Part shown: piece by piece, positions 1 to 9,356 of the stretch
Position numbering within the stretch: position 1 is the stretch's first letter
How the letters are laid out: every line of letters starts with the position of its first letter
Assembly: GCA_026004535.1 (NCBI GenBank)
Contig: BPJI01000001.1
Coordinates: 15,915-79,914, forward strand
Direction of reading: 5' to 3'
Length of the DNA stretch: 64,000 nucleotides
DNA from: Candidatus Parcubacteria bacterium
GTDB lineage: Bacteria; Patescibacteriota; Minisyncoccia; UBA6257; HR35
Notes under the pieces: model-generated
What the model was told of the DNA's origin: nothing
Databases searched by the model: none
The model's input: only the letters and a program-made list of their open reading frames with translations
Position numbers and translations under genes: made by a program

Positions 1-1
1 A

Positions 2-559
2 ACTTTAAAATTTGAAACTAATTTTAATTGTTTAGAGTGTAACCAAAGAGTAGTTAACAGTTGTCACCTTAAGAGACATTCAAATTTAATAAAACTTTTA
101 ATTAGTTTTAATAATTATGAAAATATGTTTTTAAGAGAGATGGTCTTATTGGGTAAAAATGGTAGCAAAGAAATTTTTCAAGATTTTGGTGAAATAATTG
201 CTCGTTATTTAAAGAATTTTTCTGATTATTATTTAACTTTTGTGCCCCTAACATCTAAAAAGCGTCTTCAACGCGGTTTTAATCAAAGCGAGGTTCTGGC
301 TCAAGCAATTGCTAAAAGTTTAAATTTAAAAATATTTAATGGCTTAATAAAAATTAAAGAAACCAAGGATCAAACTGAACTAAATTCTGAACAAAGATTA
401 ACTAATCTAACCGGCGCTTTTGCTTTGAAAGAAAAACCTCCAAGGAAAGTAATTTTAATTGATGATATAAAAACAACTGGAGCAACATTAAAAGAATGTG
501 CCCGGACTTTAAAAAATGGAGGCACTAAAGAAATAATTGCTTTAACAATTTTAAAATAA
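2..559 (+). CDS. comF: ComF family competence protein (PRTase-like), 5'-truncated by window edge
   Basis: Frame is open from base 2 with a CLEC zinc-ribbon motif; RGFNQS motif and ILIDDIKTTGATL PRPP-binding motif. Confidence 0.9.
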   Translation, partial: TLKFETNFNCLECNQRVVNSCHLKRHSNLIKLLISFNNYENMFLREMVLLGKNGSKEIFQDFGEIIARYLKNFSDYYLTFVPLTSKKRLQRGFNQSEVLAQAIAKSLNLKIFNGLIKIKETKDQTELNSEQRLTNLTGAFALKEKPPRKVILIDDIKTTGATLKECARTLKNGGTKEIIALTILK

Positions 560-567
560 AAACATTT

Positions 568-3174
568 TTAAATCACATCAGGGAATTTTTGATAAAAGAT
601 TTTTTTAACAATTTCTGTGCCTAAAATAAAAACTGAGATTAAAAGCAAAGAAGCAAAAATTAGTTTTTGATCTAAAAAGGAAAATTCAAAAATTTTATTA
701 AATGGGGGCAGAAAGACGAAAATTAAAGTTAGAATAAGCCCTATTACCGAAGAAATTATAAAAGATTTACCGGGCTTAGACAAAAAGAACCAATTTTTGG
801 TTCTGATAAGAAAAGAAACAATCAAGCCAGTCATTGTTGTTAAAAAGAAGATATAAGTTCGAATAACTTCAATTGGCTGATTTTTGACAATTAAATAACC
901 AATAATATTAATAAATCCAGCAACAATGCCTAAACCTAAAAGGAGTAAAATTAAATGATAACTTGACATTTTAACCGGCTTTTTAATTTCTTTAACTTCA
1001 ACATTATCATTAGCAAAAGCAATCAAAGGAATGTCAGTTAAAAAATTAGTTAACAAAACTTGAAGTGGTGTCATTGGCACAAAAGGCAAAATTGAGGTTA
1101 AAATAGCAACTGAAGTTAAATTGCCAAAATTGTCACTCATTGTATGCTTAATATATTTGCCAATATTTTCTAAAACTCTTCGACCCTGATAAATACCATC
1201 AATAATTGTTTTCAAATCTTTTTCTTTTAAAATAATATCCGCTTCCTGTTTAACAACATCAGTGGCAGTATCAACAGCTAAAGCAACGTTTGCCATTTTT
1301 AAAGCTGGGGCATCATTAATTCCTTCACCTAAAAAACCAACAAATTTTTCTTTTTGCAAAACCTCGATGATTTTTAATTTATCTTCAGGCAAAACGCGAG
1401 CAAAAATTTTTGTTTCTTTAATAATTTTTTTCAATTCTTCACCAGTTAAATTTCTTATTTCTTCTCCAAGGACAACCTTTTCATTTTCTTCAATTAAACC
1501 AAGTTTTAAACCAACAGCCCGAGCGACATTCAATGAATCACCGGTTAAAATCTTTATTTCTAAATTTAATCTTTTGGCCAAATTGATAGCTGAGAAAGCA
1601 GTTTCTTTCAAAGGATCAACGAAAGAAGCAATGCCCAAAAATTTATTATTTACAGCTAAAGCTAATGTTCTTAAACCATTTTTATCTTCTTCTTTAAAAA
1701 TCTCTAAACAATTACCATCTTGAGTTATTTTGGCAATTTCTTCGGGTGAACCTTTAACAATTTCGATAATTTCATCATTTACTTTAACAATCACTTTTCT
1801 TATTCTTTTGATTGGGTCAAAATCAATATCTTCAATTAACTCCCAATTAGAATAATCAGGTAATTCTTTTATTTTTTCTAAAATTGCTTTTTCATAAGGA
1901 CTAGCTTCTTGAGTGAAATAATAGTCTGCTAAAAAATATTTTATAAATTCGGAACTAGCAGAAACTGACGCAGAACTAACAAAATTATTCTGTAAGTTCT
2001 GCGTAAGTTCTGTAAAGTTCTGCGTTGTTATAATTCTTTCTAACCTTAATTCATTGGTTGTAATTGTCCCTGTTTTATCAGTACATAAAATTTCAATTGC
2101 TCCTAAGTCTTCGATTGATGAAAGTCTTTTAATAATTAATCCCTTTTTAGCCAATCTATTTCCAACTAAACTTAAAGCTAAAACAGTCATTGTTGGTAAA
2201 AATTCTGGCACGATAGCAACAGCTAAAACAATTGAAAAAATTATTAATTCTTGAAAATTTAGATAACCTGGTTTGAAAAGACTAACTGTAATTATCGCCA
2301 AAGCAATGAAAATAGCAACAAAGGCAATATTTTTAGCAAATTTATCCATCATTTTTTGATAAGCTGTTTCTTTACTAATTTCAATTGTTTTTTTGGCAAT
2401 TGAACCAAAATAACTTTCTTTACCAGTAGCCAAAACAATTCCTTCAATTTCTCCCCTGATTAATGTTGTGCCTAAAAGGACAATATTTTCTGGAATAAAA
2501 GAAGATGCGGAAACTGACGCGGAACGAGCGGAATAATCGGAAGGATCGGAAACGAACCCTGACTTAGCGGAATTATCGAGAAAATTTTTTTCGTTTTTTC
2601 CATTTCTTCCGTGTCCGCTTCCGTTAGTTCCGTATATCGAGGTTTTATATATTGGCTCGCTTTCACCAGTAATTATTGATTCATCAACTAAAGCATCTGT
2701 TGTTTTTAAAATTCTAACATCAGCTGGAATCAAATAACCAGCTTGAACTTTTACATAATCTCCAGGAACCAAATATTCAGCTTCAATTTCCTGCCATTTA
2801 CCATCTCTTTTAACCCAAGCATAATTTTTAAAATAAGATAAAAGTTTTTCGCTTAATTTATTAACTCTATAATCTTGGAAAGTAGCAATTAAAATCGAAA
2901 GAATTAAAAAGAAAAAAATTAAAATAGTTTCAACTTCAGGACCGTTAATTAAAAAAGAAAGTAAACCAGCAAGAAAAAGAAAAATATTAAAAAAATTTAA
3001 AGAATTTCTTTTAATAATTTCTAAAAGATCAATCTTAAAGGAAGTAATTTTATTTAAACCAAATTTTCTTAATCTTTCTTCAGCTTCTTTTTTATCTAAT
3101 CCTTCTTGAGAAGTTTTTAATTCAGTTAAAATTTCAGCCTCACTTTTTCGAGCAAATTCAATTAATTTTTCCAT
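568..3174 (-). CDS. P-type cation-transporting ATPase (MgtA/Ca2+-type) with two repeat-derived in-frame insertions
   Basis: TGES, PEFLP, DKTGT phosphorylation site, TGDS, GEGINDAPAL. Confidence 0.9.
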   Translation of the reverse strand: MEKLIEFARKSEAEILTELKTSQEGLDKKEAEERLRKFGLNKITSFKIDLLEIIKRNSLNFFNIFLFLAGLLSFLINGPEVETILIFFFLILSILIATFQDYRVNKLSEKLLSYFKNYAWVKRDGKWQEIEAEYLVPGDYVKVQAGYLIPADVRILKTTDALVDESIITGESEPIYKTSIYGTNGSGHGRNGKNEKNFLDNSAKSGFVSDPSDYSARSASVSASSFIPENIVLLGTTLIRGEIEGIVLATGKESYFGSIAKKTIEISKETAYQKMMDKFAKNIAFVAIFIALAIITVSLFKPGYLNFQELIIFSIVLAVAIVPEFLPTMTVLALSLVGNRLAKKGLIIKRLSSIEDLGAIEILCTDKTGTITTNELRLERIITTQNFTELTQNLQNNFVSSASVSASSEFIKYFLADYYFTQEASPYEKAILEKIKELPDYSNWELIEDIDFDPIKRIRKVIVKVNDEIIEIVKGSPEEIAKITQDGNCLEIFKEEDKNGLRTLALAVNNKFLGIASFVDPLKETAFSAINLAKRLNLEIKILTGDSLNVARAVGLKLGLIEENEKVVLGEEIRNLTGEELKKIIKETKIFARVLPEDKLKIIEVLQKEKFVGFLGEGINDAPALKMANVALAVDTATDVVKQEADIILKEKDLKTIIDGIYQGRRVLENIGKYIKHTMSDNFGNLTSVAILTSILPFVPMTPLQVLLTNFLTDIPLIAFANDNVEVKEIKKPVKMSSYHLILLLLGLGIVAGFINIIGYLIVKNQPIEVIRTYIFFLTTMTGLIVSFLIRTKNWFFLSKPGKSFIISSVIGLILTLIFVFLPPFNKIFEFSFLDQKLIFASLLLISVFILGTEIVKKIFYQKFPDVI
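1950..2026. repeat. Fold-back (A)CGCAGAA-unit repeat inserted in frame in the ATPase
   Basis: gcagaaactgacgcagaact ... agttctgcgtaagttctgtaaagttctgcgt; encodes TQNFTELTQNLQNNFVSSASVSASS. Confidence 0.8.
2505..2636. repeat. Fold-back GCGGAA/TTCCGT-unit repeat inserted in frame in the ATPase
   Basis: Left arm of GCGGAA/CGGAA units, AT-rich centre, right arm of TTCCG units; encodes ~44 aa of low complexity, including SASVSASS. Confidence 0.8.
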
Positions 3175-3205
3175 TAATCTTATTATAAAATATAATTGAA
3201 TTATA

Positions 3206-3527
3206 ACCTGGATATGAACCGGATATAGTTACCCGGATATACACCGGATGAATTTACACGGATTTAGACCGGATAAGGGCTACCCAGATATCAACCGGAT
3301 ACAGCTAGCCGAATATGAACCGGATATAATTACCCGGATATTAAACGGATAGAACTACCCGGATTATAGCCGGATAAGTTATACCTGGATGTAAACTGGA
3401 TAAATTACCCGTATTATAACCGGATAAGTCACCCGGATTTAAACCGGATGATTTATAAAATATTTTTTATCCGGGTAATCTATTCCGGTAACCATCAGGG
3501 TAAAACAATCCGGTATTCATCCGGGTA
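3206..3527. repeat. CCGGAT fold-back array, copy A
   Basis: 20 forward ACCCGGAT/ACCGGAT-type cores, centre atttataaaatatttttt, then 5 reverse cores. Confidence 0.95.
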
Positions 3528-3538
3528 AATGTAAACAA

Positions 3539-4363
3539 ATGATTATTGATGGTAAAAAATTGGCCCAAGAAATTTTAGAAAATTTAAAAGAGAAAAGAAA
3601 AAATTATGAGAAATTAAAAATTGCTGCTTTTTTAATAGGCAAAGGAGAAGAAAAATTAAGTTTTTTAAAAATTAAACAAGAGTTTGCCCAAGAATTAAAT
3701 ATTGAATTTAGAATTTATGAACTTGACGAGAATTTATCTAAAAGAAAAATTAGAAAATATCTAAGTCAAATTTTAAAGCATAAAACAATTCAAGGAGCAA
3801 TTTTCCAATTACCAATTCCTGAAAAATTTTCAACTCAATATTTATTAAATTCTATTCCAGCTAAAAAAGATATTGATTGTTTGTCTTCAAGGATGTTAGG
3901 CAAATTTTATACTGATAATTTTATTATTCGTCCGCCAGCAGTTGAAGTTGTTGATTTTTTAAAAGAAAAATTCAATTTAGAATTTAGGGGCAAGAATGTT
4001 TTAATTGTTGGTTATGGTCGGCTTGCTGGTAAACCATTGGCTCATTATTTTGCTAATTTAAATTCAACAGTTATTATTGCTCAAAGCCAAACAAAAATTG
4101 AAAATTATTTAAAAATTACTGATATTATAGTTAGTGGTGTTGGTAAAGCTAATTTAATTCAAGATTGTCAAAAAGGAGCAATTTTAATTGATTTTGGTTA
4201 TAGTTTTGAAAAGGGAAAAATTTATGGTGATATTGATTTTGAAAAATTAAAAGATAAAGCAAGTTTAATTACTCCAACTCCTGGTGGTACTGGTCCAATT
4301 TTAGTTGCTAAATTATTTGAAAATTTTTTTAAATTATTAGAAAAAGAAAAAGTGGTAATATAG
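3539..4363 (+). CDS. folD: Bifunctional methylenetetrahydrofolate dehydrogenase/cyclohydrolase
   Basis: MIIDGKKLA N-terminus, QLP, KDIDCL, TPTPGGTGP motifs. Confidence 0.92.
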   Translation: MIIDGKKLAQEILENLKEKRKNYEKLKIAAFLIGKGEEKLSFLKIKQEFAQELNIEFRIYELDENLSKRKIRKYLSQILKHKTIQGAIFQLPIPEKFSTQYLLNSIPAKKDIDCLSSRMLGKFYTDNFIIRPPAVEVVDFLKEKFNLEFRGKNVLIVGYGRLAGKPLAHYFANLNSTVIIAQSQTKIENYLKITDIIVSGVGKANLIQDCQKGAILIDFGYSFEKGKIYGDIDFEKLKDKASLITPTPGGTGPILVAKLFENFFKLLEKEKVVI

Positions 4364-4436
4364 TGGGCGGGAGAGGACTCGAACCTCTGACCTTCTCGAC
4401 GTCAACGAGACGCTCTGCCAACTGAGCTACCCGCCC
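4364..4436 (-). tRNA. tRNA-Val(GAC)
   Basis: Cloverleaf with GGGCGGG/CCCGCCC acceptor stem, anticodon loop TTGACGT, T-loop GTTCGAGTC. Confidence 0.95.
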
Positions 4437-4512
4437 ACAGTGAGGGAAGCGAACAATGACGGGTGGCTGCAAGGACAACAAGTGTTGCCCTCGTAAATAT
4501 TAGCTACCCGCC
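4437..4512 (-). mobile_element. GC-rich ~65-bp insert plus 11-bp duplicate of the tRNA-Val 5' end
   Basis: agctacccgcc at 4502-4512 repeats 4425-4435; internal hairpin aggacaaca-ag-tgttgccct. Confidence 0.5.
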
Positions 4513-4726
4513 TGAACAAAACTTTTAATCTGACTAATTATATCATATTTTTTAAAAAGCCTGAAAACTGAAGCCTAAACCCTGACAGCTGACTTTAAAT
4601 ATTCATTTATTTTCCGTAACCATAACAATGGCTAACACCATTATAGAGTATTAAGTTGATTGAATAACTTTGAGTAATAATATTTAAATTGTCTGCAAAA
4701 TTTTTTCCAAGAGAATTTGATATAGT

Positions 4727-6364
4727 TTATTCTGATAATAATTTTTTAATTGAATCAGGAATATTTGGGTTTTTTAATAAAGCATCAAGAGCATCCTCAG
4801 CATCATTTTTAGCTTGCTCCAATTTTCTTCTTTGTTCCTCTTCCTCCTTTTCCTTCATTCTTCTTTTTTCTTCTTCAGGCAGTGAAGCCCTTTCAACTAG
4901 AATATCAAAAATTTCTTTTCTTGTTATAATTTTTCCTTCAAATTCAATTTTACCAGTATCACCCTCTAGCAATTCTTTAAGATTGTTTTTCATCGTTTCC
5001 TTAAGGTCTTCATCAGCCAATCTATCAATATAATAGAAGTTAATAAGATTTATTAATGTTGCGGTCAAATCTAATCTACCCGTTTCTTTGTCGCGAATTT
5101 GATTGTAAATCAAGGCATCAGCCACTCTCGCCATATCATCGAGCGTCAGAGGAATTCTCTGTCTTCTGCCCTTTTCTCCTTTCTTAAGTTCTTTGTTAAG
5201 ATCATTATGAAATGCGGCAATAACTTTTGCTACTTCTTTACCGATATCCGAATGATTATAAATATCTAAAATACATCCTTCAGGTTTTACCTCGGGTTTT
5301 TTACCTAGCTTATAAGTAAAATAATAATCAGAAGCTAATCGCAAAGATTCTTCTGAAAGTTCAGTCATTCGTTTAAAAACAACTCCTCTGGCTAAAGCCG
5401 GATCAACTTCATTTCTTGCCAAATATTCTTCTGGCGGATTAGTAGAAAAGAAAACCCAAAATTTAGGACCGCTTTTTATTTTTCTACCACCATTTTCCCA
5501 AAGCTGGATTTCTTCTGCTAATTGACCTCTTTTGCCTCTTAATTTAAGCAGGACATCTATCACCTGCGGTTCTGCCAAGCCAACTTCTTCAATATGTAGG
5601 ATAAACCCCTCCCCTTTCTGCTCATCAAAAGAAAAACTGCCATCAGGATTTTTTATTAATCCCATCGCTTTAGGCACGACTCCATATTGAAATTGCCATT
5701 GGGTTCTTTCTGAAAGACCAGCTTGTTTTGCTAACTCTTGCAATTTGGTGCGAATCAGGTTCAATTTTTGTTCTGGGGATAACCATGTTTTTTGCTCTAC
5801 TTCTTGGGCAATCTGAGAAATTTGGATTTGAGTTTCGGATAATTCCAAAAACTCATTCCATCTTCTTTTTTCTTCTTCAGTTTCTGCTTTCGGCACCCAT
5901 TTTCCCATTAGTTCTGAAACATCAGTTTGTCCTGAACAGTAAAAATCAAGTGGTTTTACTCCGCGACCATAGAGAAGTTCAGTGAATTTTTCTGCTAGAT
6001 AGGTTTTGCCGATAGCGGTTGGTGCTTCAATCAAAAGCGGCTGGCGGCGTTTATAAGTCATTGCCATTGCTACTAAAATCTCAAAAGATTCTCTCATTGG
6101 AATAATTTCTCTTTTAATTGCTTCAATGTCTTCTTTTGTAGCATATGTTTCTAATTTTATGATTAATGGTCTTTCTTCATAAGGATTACCAATATAAATA
6201 TATCTTTTTATTGTTTTTTCTCCTGTTTCAGGATCAATTACTTCCTCTTCTTCAAATATAATACCGCCTAAAATTTCTCCTTCAGGTCCTCTTTCTTTTA
6301 TCCTCGCTTCAATTTCTTCTTCTCTTATTTCTTCTGGTGATTTAAAACGAAATGTTTCTGGCAT
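4727..6364 (-). CDS. MoxR/midasin-like AAA+ ATPase (AAA_5 type)
   Basis: Walker A APTAIGKT, TDVSELMG, Walker B-like ILHIEE, sensor STNP, DPALAR arginine finger. Confidence 0.85.
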   Translation of the reverse strand: MPETFRFKSPEEIREEEIEARIKERGPEGEILGGIIFEEEEVIDPETGEKTIKRYIYIGNPYEERPLIIKLETYATKEDIEAIKREIIPMRESFEILVAMAMTYKRRQPLLIEAPTAIGKTYLAEKFTELLYGRGVKPLDFYCSGQTDVSELMGKWVPKAETEEEKRRWNEFLELSETQIQISQIAQEVEQKTWLSPEQKLNLIRTKLQELAKQAGLSERTQWQFQYGVVPKAMGLIKNPDGSFSFDEQKGEGFILHIEEVGLAEPQVIDVLLKLRGKRGQLAEEIQLWENGGRKIKSGPKFWVFFSTNPPEEYLARNEVDPALARGVVFKRMTELSEESLRLASDYYFTYKLGKKPEVKPEGCILDIYNHSDIGKEVAKVIAAFHNDLNKELKKGEKGRRQRIPLTLDDMARVADALIYNQIRDKETGRLDLTATLINLINFYYIDRLADEDLKETMKNNLKELLEGDTGKIEFEGKIITRKEIFDILVERASLPEEEKRRMKEKEEEEQRRKLEQAKNDAEDALDALLKNPNIPDSIKKLLSE

Positions 6365-6368
6365 ATTT

Positions 6369-6836
6369 TTACTCTAAACTTAATACTGGGCCAAATAAAG
6401 TATAAAAATGAGGGTAAGTAATTTTGTTTTCTATAAAATCTCTTTCAGCAAAAACAATTACTCTTGAACTTTCCGGCATCTTCGTTTCAAAAACATCTTT
6501 GCCTCGATAATCTAATAATTGGAATGAGTTATAATTTGCTAAATGCTTTAATTGATTAAGTAATGGACTTGAAATATCTTTTTTAATTTCTAAAAATATC
6601 CATTTATTTCCCTCAAACGCCTTAATGATTTTTTCAAAAACTTTCTCATCTATTGCGGTTTCATCATAAATTATTTGCTCAATATCTACTATTTTTCTTA
6701 CTTCATTAAAAATCTCATCTGCTTGTAATTCACTTCCCGGTTCCTTTACGATTAAACCTAAATCAAAAATCCGGCTCGGCTGTTTACGAACATTTTGAAG
6801 AAGAAGAATGAATGTATTTAATTGTTCTTTGTCCAT
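6369..6836 (-). CDS. Hypothetical protein, possibly a degenerate AAA-like fragment
   Basis: 155-aa ORF ending 4 bp before the ATPase start; segment AFEGNKWIFLE..LLNQL resembles the AAA Walker B region; no Walker A. Confidence 0.6.
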   Translation of the reverse strand: MDKEQLNTFILLLQNVRKQPSRIFDLGLIVKEPGSELQADEIFNEVRKIVDIEQIIYDETAIDEKVFEKIIKAFEGNKWIFLEIKKDISSPLLNQLKHLANYNSFQLLDYRGKDVFETKMPESSRVIVFAERDFIENKITYPHFYTLFGPVLSLE

Positions 6837-6928
6837 AATTTTGACTTAATTATTCTTATTTTATTTTACATTTTACTATTATTTTACTATAATAATAATT
6901 TCTTATAAAATACAAATTTTTAGTGGGA

Positions 6929-9314
6929 TTAATATTTTTCCGGATGTCTAATCATATATTCCAAAAGTTCAGCAAATGCCTCAGCAAAATCTTTTTTTCC
7001 TTGGCGACGTTCTTCCTCAGTAACCTTCATTGGCATATTGGCAAAACCATAAGGATAATAATCTCTAACATGTTCAGTACCAGGACCAAGACCAATACCA
7101 ATTAGTTTAACTTTGCCCTCATTCAGAATGCCTTTTATAACTTTACCCAATTCATATTCCGGTCCAGAGTGCTCCGGATCAGGTACTGGTAAACCGTCAG
7201 ACAAAACAATCAAAAAATTGTTCTTGCCTGCATGTCTTAGCAGGCGTTGATAAGCTTCTTGAAGACAGTAGCCATCGCTGTTCCACCTGGCTTGATTATG
7301 AACACCTTCATTAAATGGTTCTTTTTTTGCAGTTGACAATCTATCCCTTAGCTCTTTATTTAATTTATCTTTAAACTCTTTATAAGGAATAATTGTATCT
7401 TGAAATCCTAAAATTTCGTATTGAATACCTAATCTTTCCAATACTTCTGCTAATACTACCACTCCTTTAAATGTTTCTTCAATTTTTTTTCCTTGCATTG
7501 AGCCAGAAAGGTCGACCAAAAGAGAAAAGCGATAATCAGGCTTACGAGGAATGGTTTTTCTCTGCCAAATTTTTTCTAAATACCTTGGGTCAGCTTCAGC
7601 TTGCATTGCTGTTCCCACGTCAAGCTGCGAGCCAGTAGGATATCCCTTTCTCCATTTTGGATGGCGCTCCGGTAAAAAGAATTTTTCCAGACGGTTGTAA
7701 AATGAATTGATAATATCTGCCACTTCTTCATAGGCTTTATCATATTCGGTCATTCTTTCTCTTCGCATTCTTTCTAACTGTTCCTCCAATTTTCTTCTTT
7801 CTTCTTCGGTCCTTTTCCTTTCTTCAGCGGCTCTTTTTTCTTTCTCCTCTCTTTCCCTTCTTTCTCTATGACTTTCTGGTTTATCTATATTTAGTTTCCC
7901 TTCCAATTCTTTATTGATCGCATCTTCAAAATCCTCAAGCTGTTTTTTAGCTTTTCCTCTTAATTCTTCTCTTTTTTTTCTTGGTAGCTTCTGAAAAAGT
8001 TTATCTAATTCCTGTTTTGTCTTTTCTGATAATTTATCTTCTGGATAAGGCATTTCTTCGCCCGATTGGATATTTTCTAAAGCATCTTGAATATCTTTAA
8101 GTTCCTGCTCTGCTTGTTTTTGTTTCATTTCTTGGGCTAATTTTTCCGCTTTCTTTTGTTCAATTTGCTTTTCCAATTCCTCTTTTTCTTTACCAGTAGC
8201 GCTTTTGATTCTTTCTTCCAAATCTTTGATTTCTCTATCTAATTGTTCTTGCTTTTGTTTTGCTTCTTCAATTTGCTTTTGTTTTTCCTCAATTTTTTTA
8301 TTCAATTGTTCAGCTGCCTCCCTTATTGCCTTATCAATTTGTTCTTGAAGTTCTTTTTTTACATCTTCTGGCAATCCCTCGAAAGGATCTAGTTCTTTTT
8401 TTAATTGCTCAATTTCTTTTTGTAATTCTTCTATTCTTTGACTATCACCTTGCTTCTCTGCTTCATTTAACTCTTCTTCTTTCTGTTTTAATTCTTTCTG
8501 TTTTTGTCTAAATTCTTCTATCATCTGTCTTTGCTCTTCGGTATGTAAATCCATCTCTACTAATTTTCTTACTTCAGGCCATATATATTCAGTATTGATC
8601 CTAAATCTCTCCTTAGCAGTTAAGATAACTTCCTTTTTGTCTGTTCTTTCTGGATTGGGAATTATTGTACGGCTTCTGCGTACATACTCAATCGTTCTTA
8701 TTAGCGATTTTTCTACCGCTGGATCTAATACTTTACTAAATCTTCGTTGATGCCAATCGCGAATTATTTCTGAACCATATTGGCCGAATCTCGGCCAATA
8801 GCCTAATTGAATAGCAATTATCTCAACTTCAGGCGTGCTTAAAATTACGTTTTCTTCTTTAAATTGGTCATCGTAGACTTTCCTGACATACTCATCTAAC
8901 CCTGGAAATTTTTTTTCTCAACCAATCATTGACCGCCATATCTTCAATAACGTTTTGTAAATAGCCAAAACCAATTTGAGAATAAAGTTCTTGAATTTGC
9001 TCTCTTGAAAGGCCTATTTCTTTGGGGTGAGGAGTGATTGCCCGATGGGCTCCTTCGTGACCAGCCACAAATTTGGCTAACTCGGGACTTTCTTTAATGT
9101 GAAGGGGATCGAAAGTAATAGAAACATCCTCTGGATTAAAAAAACTACCCCTTCCAGGTTTTCCCAATTTAACTTTCATTCTAAAATCTCCTCCAACCCG
9201 TTTAGCAATAATTTCTAAATTTTCCCAAACTTCTTTTGGAATTTCTATTTTTAATTCTTCCGTTTTCCTCGCCGCACCCTCTGGAAAATATTGTCTTGTT
9301 TTAAATTTCTCCAT
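6929..9314 (-). pseudogene. HExxH + coiled-coil + vWA protein split by a frameshift in an A8 tract
   Basis: HEGAH in the 5' part; removing one A from the run at 8909-8916 joins it to 6929..8554 with no stops; vWA MIDAS motifs DLSGSM and LSDG. Confidence 0.85.
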
Positions 9315-9356
9315 ACATATTGTTATTTTACTCAAATTTTTTGATAAAATATCAAT

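Noticed and set aside
3206-3527. CCGGAT arrays as CRISPR arrays
   Set aside because: Cores are 7-8 bp with 3-8-nt linkers, orientation flips mid-array, and no cas genes are in the window
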